Assembly: GCA_028826165.1 (NCBI GenBank)
Contig: JAPDFW010000104.1
Location: 124,001 to 188,000, forward strand
Source: Anaeramoeba ignava BMAN
Lineage: Eukaryota; Protista; Anaeramoebae
DNA length: 64,000 bases
Direction: 5' to 3'
In this document: positions 25,622-38,111 of the stretch, piece by piece
Layout: each line of letters starts with the position of its first letter
Numbering within the stretch: position 1 is the stretch's first letter
Notes under the pieces: model-generated
Databases searched by the model: none
What the model was told of the DNA's origin: nothing
What the model saw: the letters and a program-made list of their open reading frames with translations, nothing else
Position numbers and translations under genes: made by a program

Positions 25622-28536
25622 TTATTTGACACCCAAATCAACAGCCATTAAAGAACCAGCAAGAGTCATAATCATTTTGGGTTTAACTTCGTAAATATCT
25701 TCTGGAAGTAAGAAAATAGTAGCACCAATCTTTCTTGCGATAGAAATAACGTACTTAGCATTCATAAGAGCATCTTTTTCTTCATCACCAGGAGTCATCA
25801 AATCATAATTAACAACACCAGGACGAATTGAGTCAACAAGATACAAGAAGAAATGTCCGTTTGAAATGGCAGGATCCTTAAAAGATCTGATTTGCATTTG
25901 TTTGCCTGCTCCGGCAACTTTTTGGTTTGCCCAGCGAACAATATCTTGATCAGAAACGTCTTTTCCTCCTTTTGAAAGCTTCTTCAAAACAGAAACAACA
26001 TGGAATCTCATTAGTTGCCAAACAAGAGCAAGTGTAAGTGTTTTATTTCCATCATAAATGTCAGATCCGGCAATTCCGACAAGTGAGAACTTTAATTTTT
26101 TCCCTAATTCAACACAATAATTGGTATTTTCCAAAGCTTTGAATTTGGAAAGAGGTTGTTTTCGGTTGACTCGTTTCCAGTCAACAATTCCGGGTTGAAT
26201 GTGGTCGAAAACTTGGAGAAGAACCAAGCCGTCTCTTAGATTAAGGAACAAGTTATTAACAAAAGGTTCAACTCCGATTGAGTTCATCCAAAGCGAGTAA
26301 ACTCTTGCTTCTCGATCTCCTTCGCTTTTGAAAAGCCATTCGTCAAGTGCGGCCTTTTCTTCTTCAGTGAGAGGTTCAAGTCCGGGATAATGATTGAAGA
26401 GATTGGCGACGAAAGCAAGATTCAATTTGGAGTTTCCCTTGACAACATCGCCAGGAGATACGAATTTTCGGCAACCGATATTGTCGGCGTTTTGAAGCAT
26501 ATATTCGGCTCTTTGGCGCAAGTCGGATTCTTGGAGTGGTTTGAGGTTGCATTTGTTGGGCATGAGTTGATGGAGGATGATTGTGTAAGCTTCTGAGTCA
26601 CGAATATCGGATGCGAAATTTCTGACTCTTTTTGGTGAGTTTGCTTTTTTTAAATGGTAGTTCATCCATCGCAAAAGAATTTGATCGGGAGACAATTTCA
26701 TGAGATCGTCTAATGTCTCGCCTTCCTCAAGAAGTCGGTATAATTCTGGGCAGGCGTTGAGATTGATTTTGGAAAGTAATCCAATTCGGATGATTTGCCA
26801 AAGTAATCCAAGAAGAAGATGGACTTTTGCTTCCATGATATCTTGTTGTCCAATGTTGACAACGTTGCAACCAATGGCTTTTGCTGAGTTGATTGCCAAG
26901 TTTTGGTTCTCAATCATTTGGAATTTGTTCACTTTTCCGGTGTTGATGACTCGAGTATCAATTGTGTCTGGAACAGAATCGTTAATCAATTTGCAGAGAA
27001 TAATACCATCTTTTAATTGCTCGAAAATTGACATGTCGTTGGGGCTGATTGGCAATCTTTTTCCAACGTGTGGATCGTCTTTTAAAGCCATGTTGATCCA
27101 ATCAACAAAAGAGATTTTCTCATCATCAGCGAAGGAATGTTCTGATCCATCGGTTGTTCCCTTAAGTCTGGTAACTGCGGCTTGTTTTGTATAAACTGCT
27201 CCAAATCCTGTATCTGATCTTGATTTACCTGATCGAATATTTTTGATAATCTACAAAAAAATTTATAAATATTTAAAATATAAATATAAATATAAATATT
27301 TAAAATATAAATATAAATATAAATATTATTATAAATATTATTATAAATATTATTGTAAATATTATTATAAATATTATTGTAAATATTTAAAATATAAATA
27401 TAAATATAAATATTATTATAAATATTATTATAAATATAAATATTAATATAAATATAATTATAAATATTTAAAATATAAATATAAATATAAATATAAATAT
27501 TATTATAAATATAAATATAAATATTATTATAAATATTATTGTAAATATTATTGTAAATATTATTATAAATATTATTATAAATATTATTATAAATATAATT
27601 ATAAATATAAATATAAATATTATTATAAATATTATTATAAATATCAATATAAATATAAATTATAAATATTATTATAAATATAAATATTATTATAAATATA
27701 AATATAAATATAAATATAAATATAAATATAAATATAAATATAAATATAAATATAAATATAAATATAAATATAAATATAAATATTAATATAAATATAAATA
27801 TAATTATAAATATTATTATAAATATAAATATTATTATAAATATTATTATAAATATTAATATAAATATAAATATAAATATAAATATAAATATAAATATAAA
27901 TAAAAATATAAATATAAATATAAATATTATTATAAATATTATTATAAATATAAATATAAATATTAATATAAATATAAATATAAATATAAATATAAATATA
28001 AATATAAATATAAATATAAATATAAATATAAATATAAATATAAATATAAATATTATTGTAAATATTATTATAAATATAAATATAAATATAAATATTATTG
28101 TAAATATTATTATAAATATTATTATAAATATTATTGTAAATATTATTATAAATATTATTATAAATATTATTATAAATATTATTGTAAATATTATTATAAA
28201 TATTATTATAAATATTATTGTAAATTTAATTTAAATTTTTGTGGAAATATTTTTGATTATAAATTTATAATTGAAAAAAAAAAAAGCAAAATTTACCTGA
28301 AGAAATTCATCAAATTCAATCATTCCATTACCATCAAGATCAACTTCTTTGATTAATTCCTTAACTTTTTGTTTTGTGACTTTTTCTCCAAGTTGTTTCA
28401 TAACTTGTTCTAATTCATTTTCATCAATAGAACCTGAACCATCAAGATCAAAACTCTTGAAAATTTGAATAAACTCATCAATTTCTTTTCGATTGAATTC
28501 TGGAAACTTTTTGGCTAATTGATAGAAATTAGACAT
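25622..28536 (-). CDS. Fimbrin/plastin (2 EF-hands plus 4 calponin-homology domains); exons 28536-28297 and 27250-25622
   Basis: EF-hands [10 protein letters not shown] and [14 protein letters not shown]; CH motifs [18 protein letters not shown] and [28 protein letters not shown]. The phase-0 GT-AG intron 27251-28296 joins the two exons in frame. Confidence 0.96.
27255..28225. repeat. (TAAATA)n / (TAAATATTATTA)n microsatellite in the fimbrin intron
   Basis: Directly visible. Confidence 0.95.
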
Positions 28537-28844
28537 TAATTCTAATTTAAAATAAAAAATTTGAAAGAAAAAAAAAAGAATTTAAAAAAAAAATTTTTTA
28601 TATTTTTAATTTAAAAGTTTTTAAATACATTTTTGTTTAAAGTAAAAGATTTTTTTTTTGTTAAAAGAAAAAAAATGAAAAAAAAAAATTAAAAAAAAAA
28701 AATTTTTATTTAAATAAATTTTTGCTTTTTTTTATTTTTTTAATTAAATTTAAAAAAGGAGAAAAAATAATCAAAAAAAAAAAATAATTCCACTTTTTAT
28801 TTTTTATTTTTTATTTTTAAATTAAATTATTTAATTAAAAATTA

Positions 28845-31553
28845 TTAAGAAAACCAATATTCAGGAATAAAAACTTGAGAAGCAGAAATTATACCAAGAA
28901 CAATCATTGAAAAACTTACTTGTCTCCATTTTTTCTTTCCAAAAATAAAAGAAATTAAAAGAACTAAATAACCAAAAGAAACACCTTTTGTAATATTTGC
29001 AAAAATTGGGATTAAAATAGTAGAAACAATAACAGGAATTATTTCAATAATATTATCAAATTCCATAACTAAAAAATTAAAATTTTTTCAATTAAATTTT
29101 TTTGGATTAAAATTTTTTGGATTAAAATTTTTTTCAATTAAAATTTTTTTCAATTTACATTTTAACATTGTAAAAATTAAAATATTAGTATATAAAAGAA
29201 GACTTCCTGTTGCTTCTGGTGGAATTAATAAAATTATTGGATAAAATAATGCTGATAAAAGAAATAATAATCCTGTAATAACAGATGCAAGTCCAGTTCT
29301 ATTAAATTTAAATTAAATCCAAATTAAAATTAAATCCAAATTAAAATTAAATTAAATTAAAATTAAATCAAATTAAAATTAAAATTAAATCAAATCCAAA
29401 TTAAAATCAAATCAAATCAAATTTAAATTAAAATTAAATCCAAATTAAATCCAAATTAAATCAAATTTAAATTAAATCAAAATCAAATCAAAATCAAATC
29501 TAAATTAAATCAAAATCAAATCAAAATCAAATCTAAATTAAATCCAAATTAAATTAAATTTAAATTAAATCAAAATCAAATCAAAATAAATCAAAATCAA
29601 ATCCAAATTAAATTAAATTAAATCCAAATTAAATTAAATTAAATCAAAATTAAATCCAAATTAAATCCAAATTAAATTAAATTAAATCAAAATTAAATCC
29701 AAATTAAATTAAAATTAAATCCAAATCAAAATTAAATCAAATCAAATTAAAATCAAATCTAAATTAAATCCAAATTAAATTAAATTTAAATTAAATCAAA
29801 TTAAAAAATTAAATTAAATCAAAATCAAATAAAAATTAAATCAAAATCAAATCAAATTAAATCCAAATTCAAATTAAATTAAAATTAACCTTGCTCCAAC
29901 TGCTGCTGCAACAGATGATTCAATATAAACTACATTTGGTGTTGTTCCTAAAAGACTTCCAACAATCACAAAAAATCCATTTACAAGTAATATATTCCGA
30001 AATTTATTTGTATTTGAACTTGAAATTAATTTCTCAAATCCATTTACATCAAATCTAATTTTATCCAAAAAAGCAAATTGAATAACAGTTAAAATTGTAC
30101 AAACAACATTGAATAAATTTTCCAAAGCCAAAAATATAATAAAATATAAAGGACTTGCATTTCTCCAATGGAAATTTAATTTGAATGCTGATTTTGAAAG
30201 ATTTGGGAATTTCCAAATTTCCATATTTAAATCATCAATACTTGCTCTTATTATAATACTAAAAATTGTGCAAACTAAAACAGAAATTACAAAAATCCAT
30301 CGATATTTTCTTGATACTCCAAATACAACTAATACAAGTGTTAAAATACCAAGTAATGCTTCATAACTTGGTTTAAATACATATGAACTATCTAAATGTA
30401 AAACATCAACTAATCCAAGTTTTCCAAGAAATAATCCAATCTTCAAAGATAAAAAACATATAAAACAAAATGAATGATTAAAATATCATTTTAAAAAAAG
30501 AATATTTAATTACTCCATAAGATAATCCAATTCTAAATGAAGAAGGAAGTGCTGAAATGAAATTTGATTTTGGAATTAAAAACTATTTAATTTTATAAAT
30601 AATTTTATAATTAATTTTATATTTAATTTTATAAATAATTTTGTAATTAATTTTATAAATAATTTTATAAATAATTTTATAAATAATTTTATAAATAATT
30701 TTATAAATAATTTTATAAATAATTTAATAAATAATTTTATAATTAATTTTATAAATAATTTTATAAATAATTTTATAATTAATTAATTAATTTGTTTTAA
30801 AAGATAAAGTACAGCAGCAATAAAACAAACTATTCCTTCAAAAAAATGAATACTTAATGCTGTTTCCCAAGAATATCCTAAATAATGGCAAAGAATTTGA
30901 GTAAAATATTCATTTTCTCCAATAGCCATTGATAAAACAAGAGGAAATCCTGAAAAAATTCCTAAAGCAATTGAACCAAATCCACTTACTATTCTCAATA
31001 AAAAATATTTTTTGATGAAAATATTTTTAAATAAAATTAAATTAAATTAAATTGAATTAAATATAATATAATCACCAAGACAAGTTGCCCAAATAATAGA
31101 TAATCGATCCATACTTTTTGGAAGAGCATTTGGTTGTTCTCTAAGGATATCTTTTTGAATTATAATTTTAAATTTAATTTTGATTTTAATTTTAATTTTA
31201 AATTTAATTTTAATTTTGATTTTAATTATAATTTTGATTTTCAATTTGAAAAATACAAATTGTTGTAAAAAACATTGTTAAACCGCCAAGTATTTCTGTA
31301 ATAAAATTTGATTTTCTTTTTGATATTTGAAAAAAAATATCTAATTTTTGTAATAATCCATTATCATAAGGAGAAATATATTCTGGTTCATGATAAATTT
31401 GTTTTTAATTTCTTTTTGTTTTTTAATTTCTTTTTGCTTTTTTGGTTCGACTTTTTTGGGAATTAAAAAGTCTTCTTCTGATGAAGTTGTATCTTCAAAT
31501 TGAATTTGAGAAAGTAATTTCTCATTTGAATTTGGATTGAAATCAGAAGTCAT
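28845..31553 (-). CDS. NCS2-family AzgA-like purine/nucleobase permease; multi-exon
   Basis: Spliced pieces: TEILGGLTMFFTTI-YILREQPNAL; GFPLVLSMAIGENEYF; LPSSFRIGLSYG-IGLFLG; GSLLGTTPNVVYIESSVAAAVGAR-TGLASVITGLLFLL..IPPEATG; IPIFANITKGVSFG. These match AzgA/PbuG motifs. Confidence 0.85.
29305..29885. repeat. Degenerate AAATT/AAATC/AAATCC microsatellite in a permease intron
   Basis: Directly visible between the donor at about 29889 and the acceptor at about 29299 (minus strand). Confidence 0.85.
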
Positions 31554-31647
31554 ATTTTTTGAAAACGCGAAAAAAAAAATAAAAAAAATAAAAAAAATGA
31601 AAAATTAAAATTCCAAAAATATTTTTTTCATTTTTTTCTTTTTAAAA

Positions 31648-33443
31648 ATGAATGATTGTTTATTTTTTGGTCAAAATTATTCACCAAAACTTTTTAAAAA
31701 TGAACCAAATGAAATAACAAAACCAATTCAATTTAAATTTGAAAATGAAAATGAAAATGAAAATGAAAATGAAAAGAAAATGAAAATGAAAATGAAAATT
31801 AAACAAATTTCAACAGGTTATTTATCAAAAATTTTCCTTTTTAAAAATGGAAAAGCAATAGAATATTTAAATGAAAATGATTCAAATCAAAATCCTTCAA
31901 AAATCCAAATTGAAGAAAATATTCAAAAAGTAACTGTTGATTATCAAAATGAAGCTATTTTAACAATAGAAGGAAATGTATTTGCCAAAGGAAAAGATAT
32001 TAATTCAAATAATCCAAATGAATTTATCAATATTTCATCATTAATTGAAGATAAAAATGATAGAATAATTGAAGATATTGTTTCTGGAGATAGTTCAATT
32101 TACTTATTAACTTCAAATCAAAATGTTTATGGAATTGGTTCAAATCAATTTGGTCAACTTGGTTTTGATTCTGAAAAACTTCAAAAAACACAAAAACCAA
32201 TTTTAATGATGAAAAATGTTTCTAAAATATTTTCAGGAAATTCTTCAAACTCATGTTTTTCTTTTAAATTCAAATCAAGAATTATTTGGATGCGGAGATA
32301 ATGAATATGGTCAACTTGGATTAGGAAAATTAAGAAAAGAAGAAAGAATCTATAAATTAACCAAAATCCAAAATATTCCGAAAGGTAAAATAATTGATAT
32401 TCAATGTGGAAATTCTCATTCAATAATGTTAATTGAAAATGAAAATGAAGATGAAAATCCAAAAAGAAAACTTTATTCATGTGGAGATTATGAAAATAAT
32501 GGACTTGGCAAAAATGAAGATACTTATGAATTTACTGAAATCAAATCATCTTTATTTGAAAATGATAATATTCTTGAATTTTCTGTTGGATATTTTCATA
32601 CTTTGATTTTAACTTACAATTCAAAATTAATTGGATTTGGAGGTAATAATTCAGGTCAATTAGGAACTGGAGATACAAAATATCAACTAATTCCAATTCA
32701 AATTAAACTTCCTAAATTAAGATTTAATGAAAATATTTTCAATTATCATATTTTTTGTGGAAATAACAGATCATTTATTTATTATTCTCCTCTTTCTTTT
32801 TCCAATCTTGAAGAAGATTTGATAAAATTATTTAGAAGAAAAGAATTTTGTGATATTTCATTTAAAACCAAAAATGGAGAAATAATTGAAGCTCATAAAT
32901 TAATATTGAAATATAGATTAAATCAAAGATCAAAATCAAATTGAAAAACTTCAAGAAATTATTTCAAAAAAATCAATTAAAGAATCAAATCAAATATTTG
33001 AAATGATTTATTCAAACAGAATAATAAATCCAAAATTATATTCTGAAATTAAAGAAATTATAAATTTAAATGAAAAAATTGAAGAAACAATTAAAAGAAT
33101 TTATTTAAATGAAAATGAAAATGAAAATGATTTTATAATTGAAAGAAAAGAAAAACAATATAAATTTCCTAAATTAATATTAATAATGAGAAGTGAATTA
33201 TATCGAGGAATGTTTTTATCTGTAACTGATGATAAATCAAATAAAGTTACAGATTATAGTGAATTAAGTAATAAATCATTTCAAATATTTGAATATTGGA
33301 TTTATTCAAATCAAATTAAAGATGAAATTAAAATTACACAACAAATTATTAATGAAATTCAAATTGGAATTGATTATTTTCAATTAAATCAAACAAATCC
33401 AAATTTATTTGATTTATTAATTAAACAAAAAAAAAAAAAATAA
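31648..33443 (+). CDS. RCC1-repeat plus BTB/POZ protein (apparent frameshifts at about 32250 and 32930)
   Basis: RCC1 motifs VYGIGSNQFGQLG, GCGDNEYGQLGLG and GFGGNNSGQLGTGD; BTB motifs FCDISF..IEAHKLIL and ILIMRSELYRGMF. Confidence 0.88.
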
Positions 33444-33474
33444 AATAAAAAAAAAATAAATAAAAAAAATAAAA

Positions 33475-33545
33475 CTCGGATGCCGGGAATTGAACCCGGA
33501 TTTCAGGTGTGAGAGACCTGTGTGCTACCATTGCACCACACCCGA
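33475..33545 (-). tRNA. tRNA-Glu (anticodon CTC)
   Basis: The reverse complement folds as a 71-nt cloverleaf: TCGGGTG TG GTGC AATGGTA GCAC A CAGGT CT-CTC-AC ACCTG AAAT CCGGG TTCAATT CCCGG CATCCGA G. Confidence 0.95.
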
Positions 33546-33589
33546 TTTAATTTAATTTAATTTTAATTTTTTTAATTAAAATTTTTTTT

Positions 33590-34321
33590 TATTAATATAT
33601 TCTTTTATATTAATTATTTAAAATTATTATAAATTAAGATATAAATTTATAATAATTTTAAACAATAATTTATTTATAAATTTATTTAAAATAATTTATA
33701 TATAAGATATTTATTATTAATATTTAATTTATATTAATTTATAAATATATTCTTTTATATTAATAATTTAAAATATTTTATTTAATTTATTTCTTAATTT
33801 ATAATAATATTAAACAATAATTTATTTATAAATTTATTTAAAATAATTTAAATATAAAATATTTATTATTAATATTTAATTTATATTAATTTATAAATAT
33901 ATTCTTTTATATTAATTATTTAAAATATTTTATTAAATTTATTTCTTAATTTATAATAATATTATATAATAATTTATTTATAAATTTATTTAATTTAATT
34001 TAAATATAAGATATTTATTATTAATATTTAATTTATATTAATTTATAAATATATTCTTTTTATATTAATTATTTAAAATATTTTATTAAATTTATTTCTT
34101 AATTTATAATAATTTTATATAATAATTTATTTATAAATTTATTTAAAATAATTTAAATATAAAATATATTCTTTTATATTAATTATTTTAAATATTTTAT
34201 TAAATTTATATCTTAATTTATAATAATATTAAACAATAATTTATTTATAAATTTATTTAAAATAATTTAAATATATAATATTTATTATTAATATTTAATT
34301 TATATTAATTTATTAATATAT
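33590..34321. repeat. AT-rich minisatellite (units of about 150 and 115 bp), left part
   Basis: ATATTCTTTTATATTAAT recurs at about 33597, 33747, 33899, 34052 and 34166. The array resumes after the transposon. Confidence 0.9.
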
Positions 34322-34585
34322 GAGTGATTTGAGGCTGATGTGAAAAATTTTTTTTTGTTTATTTTTTTTCCCTTTTTTAATTAAAATTGAACAAGAAATC
34401 TCGATAAAAGCCTCAAATTTTGGTGCTTCCTGAGGCACGATAAAGGTTTATTTCTTTGAGAATTAGAAAAATTGAATCAAAAAAAATCAATCAAAAAAAA
34501 TCAATCAAAAATCAATCAAAAAAAAAGAAAAATGAATTAGATTCTTGTCAAAGAAAAAAGGAATAGAAAGAATGATTATTTTTTC

Positions 34586-35493
34586 TTAATCTTCTCTTGT
34601 AAAAATCATCATTGTAAAAGTATCTTTTGTTCTAAAAGGATTCACGGGAAATATATGAGCATCACTTATTCCAAAAAAATTTGAACTAGTTTCGGTTTCT
34701 AAGATTTCAGTCCAATAATGACCTTCATTGGCATTTCCAATATGGTGTATTGATCCAAGCAATTTCATTTCAGTTTCTTGATTAGGACAACTCTGAAACA
34801 TGAAAGATTTGACATTGATCTTTTCTTCACATTGAATTTTGGTTCCAATTCTTGTTGTAGATTGAGTCAAGGAATCATAATAAGTTCTCTTGAAAAAAAT
34901 AACCAAATATTTAGGAATAGTCAAAAGAGACAATTTAATGGAGCTTTCTACTTTTTGGTCACAATTTTCACAGTGATAATGTTGAGAGAAATCTAAATCC
35001 TTTTCAGCGAAATAATTATCGAGCATTGAAGAAATGCTAATTTCTCCGTTCAAAATTGGAAAGCTAATCACAAGACTTGTTTCTTGAGGAAAGGAGTAAG
35101 TAAATCTTTTACATTTCTTACATGTCACCTTTTGCACAATACGAATGCGAAAATCATTTATTATAGCTCGATTGTGAATATCAAATTCTTGATAAAGAAG
35201 ATCATATGGAACATTGAAATCTGAAATATTCTCATTTGATATTAAATCCATCAAGGAAACAAAAAATTCATGTATATCTTGTTCATTAGTGTTGGAAAAT
35301 TGAGTCACATGTTCTCCTATTACCTTTCTTAGTGGAGTTATATTAATCGATTCTTCTGAAGATTGTAAAATATCGCTCAAAGTTTCAGAAATATCACCTA
35401 AACCTAATAGTTCAATTACAGAAGTTCTTAAAAGCACTTGAATGATGGAAGCTATATAACATGAATTGTGTGAATTTGGAATCTTTCTTAAAT
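34586..35493 (-). CDS. USP (peptidase C19) catalytic domain inside the transposon; probable last exon of the transposase gene
   Basis: After acceptor TTAG at 35494: NLRKIPNSHNSCYIASIIQVLL (Cys box), EQDIHEFF, CKKC and CENC zinc ribbon, SIHHIGNANEGHYWT (His box), ISDAHI. A phase-0 intron 35494-35557 links it to ..SICKTG. Confidence 0.88.
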
Positions 35494-35557
35494 TCTAATC
35501 AAAAATTAAAATGAGAAAATCAAAAAGAAAAAAATAATAAAAGAAGAATTTTCTTAC

Positions 35558-37421
35558 TCCTGTTTTGCAAATGGATATTGATGATGTAAAATTCTTTTTG
35601 TTTTGGGAGATTATCTTGAAATTTTGAAATGCGCAAATTTTTGATTTCTTCTTTTCTTCAAATTCAATTTTTCTCTTGATTTTTGATGTTTTCTGGAAGA
35701 ACTTCGTAGATTTCCATTCACATGATTCATTTCTTTTCATCTTCTTTTTCTCTTTGCGAATGAAATTTTTGTGTTTCATTTGGAATCACCTTTTCATTTT
35801 TGGAATTTGTCATTTGAGTATTAAAGAAAGGAATAGAATAATTCTCCTGAATTAATGCTGAATTTTGTTTAATTCCAAATTCTTTCTCTTGAAAAATTTG
35901 TTCAATTATAGGTATTCTTCTTTTTCGAAAATTGGTGTTTGGCATTCTTGCAGTTTTCAAGTTTCCTTTTAAGAAAATAAAAATGTGTGATTTTTTAATT
36001 TTTGCAATTGGATTCTTGTAAAGAAATTTGAGTGCTCTATTCACATTTAAAATAATTGGTGTTGTGTTACTAAGTTGAGATAAATAATCAAAAAGTGAAT
36101 TAATAGTTGTAATATCCCCAAAATTTGCCTTATTCCTTGATATGTTACCAAAATGACGATCAGACATATGTTTAGCATGGTTTCTGAGAAAGAAAATTAC
36201 CTTAATATCTAAAAATTGCGAACTAAAAGCATCAAAAATCATCCCCAGAACAAAGTTATTTTTAATGTGTCCTCCATTATCAGAAAAAATCCTTAGTTTT
36301 GATATGTTTAATAGATTTCTTTTATGTTGCCATTCATTGAATTTATATCGAAAATCTTGAAAACTTTGAAGAACAAATTGGAATCCTATAAGAGAAATAG
36401 AAAATTAATAGAATCAAAAAGGAATTCAATTTTTAAACTTACTTTAGTTTGATCCTCTGAAATATAATCGAAATAGAACAACTGTTTTTCAAACTGAATA
36501 GTAATATTGAAGATCACCCATGATTTTTTATGATAGAATTCTTGTGTTTCCCAATTATCTCGATACTCTTGAAAATTGACTGCAAAGTCCAAGAATAAAA
36601 TAATTTGATCAAGAAGTTGAATTTCCGATTTGTATAAATTTCTCATTTCAAGAACTTTTCTTTGGTGATTCTGCCTTTTTCATGATTGGATTAGAACATT
36701 TTTGGACACTGGAAAAAAAAGCTGTTGCAGAATGAATTGAAAAATACTTTTGAAGAAGTGAGCAGAAAGTCCCATATTTAAGATCATTTTCTTTATCCTG
36801 TATTTGATTAAAAAGTCTTTTCTTTGTCAAACTTGTGCGGAAAACAGGTATATCTTTTCTGCTGTAAAAATCAATCGTTGTAAATGTTTCTAAATGATCT
36901 AAAATTCGAAGGATATTTTTTTCATGATTTGTGAAAACCCATTCTTTTGATTTTGTTTGAGATTTTAGGTAAAATGGAATCTTAAAACGATGATGTTCAC
37001 AATTTAAATGTCTCTTTAGCTTCCATGAATTTAAATTTTTCAATTCCTTATCACAAGAAGAACAAAAAACTTTTTGTGTATCTAAATCATATGAAAGAAA
37101 TGGATCCTGATCGATCATTTTTTGAGTATTCATTGGCACTTTCTTTCCACTTTTTGAAATAGTGATTTGAACATTCAAAATAGGAATTTCCTCTGAAGTT
37201 ATTAGAAGAACTTGTTCTTTAACACAATTTAGGAAGATTACAAGTTGTGAATTGTTTGAAATACGAACAGTTTTATCTTGAAAGAAATAGGTGAATGCTT
37301 GAATCTTTTGTCGAATGTTGAAGTTATCTTTCACATCTTTAATTAAGGTTTTAAAGTTTAGGATCTTTTCAGCATCAAACACACAAAAATTTCCTTGAAA
37401 ACGAATAAAAAAAAGCTTCAT
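35558..37421 (-). CDS. Sola2-like DDD transposase with N-terminal PB1-like and C2H2 zinc-finger regions (intron about 36386-36442; several 1-nt frameshifts)
   Basis: FCSSCDKELK..LKRHLNCEHH; ILFLDFAVNF..ETQEFYHKKS..YFDYISEDQTK|DSNFV; LRIFSDNGGHIKNN; FFLRNHAKHMSDRHFG. These parallel the DFxEN, SDDxxHD, SDGxxxQFKN and HGKxxxD motifs I recall for Sola2 transposases (family call from memory, not a search). Confidence 0.7.
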
Positions 37422-37480
37422 TTAAAAGAAAAAATGAATTGAGATTTTATCAAAAAATTCCTTTTGAAATCCTCAAAAAA

Positions 37481-37720
37481 GTGGACATTGATTTAATTAA
37501 AAAAAAGAAAGAAAAGGAAAAAAATCTTCTTGATCTTATTTCAAAAAGAAAAGAAAAAAACTAAAGAAAAAATTGATTCTTCAAACTATTTAAAGAAAAA
37601 AAGAAATTGAAAGGAAAAAGTGGACATTGATTTAATTAAAAAAAAGAAAGAAAAGGAAAAAAATCTTCTTGATCTTATTTCAAAAAAAAAGAAAAAAACC
37701 AAAGAAAAAATTGATTCTTC
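37481..37720. repeat. 139-bp-period direct duplication upstream of the transposase ATG
   Basis: GTGGACATTGATTTAATTAAAAAAAAGAAAGAAAAGG..CTTCTTGATCTTATTTC occurs at 37481 and 37620. Confidence 0.9.
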
Positions 37721-38111
37721 AATCAAAATACAAATGTCTAATATGTAAAGATATTTTGTAATTGAATTATCGATAAAAACAAATTGAAAGGGAGAAGAAA
37801 AGCAAAATGAAAAATCTGATCTTTTTGATTTTGATTGATTAAAATATGATTCAAAAAAAGTTATTTTAAAAAAGAAGTCTAAAATTTCTCTTTTATTTTT
37901 TTAAGAGATTTAAAAAAGAAGACATATATGAAATTTAAATTCCTTTTTTAAAAAAATTCCTTTATTAATAAAATCAAAAGTAAATAAATTTGATGAGAAT
38001 TTTTTGGAACAATATAAAAAAAATCACTCAATAAATTGATTATTTGATATTTTAATTTTGAGGCTCAAGAGGCTTTTTTTTTTATTGATTTTTTTTGCAA
38101 CAGAATCACTC

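Larger units (their letters stand above)
34322..38111 (-). mobile_element. 3790-bp DNA transposon, Sola2-like, carrying a USP domain
   Basis: 8-bp terminal inverted repeat GAGTGATT (34322-34329) / AATCACTC (38104-38111), with ATAT duplicated at 34318-34321 and 38112-38115. Removing the element restores the satellite unit AATATATTCTTTT. It encodes a transposase-like ORF. Confidence 0.88.

Noticed and set aside
26390-27194. Antisense ORFs over fimbrin and BEACH exons (e.g. 26700-27194, 11921-12739)
   Set aside because: They are shadow ORFs caused by the higher GC content and codon bias of the real opposite-strand genes.
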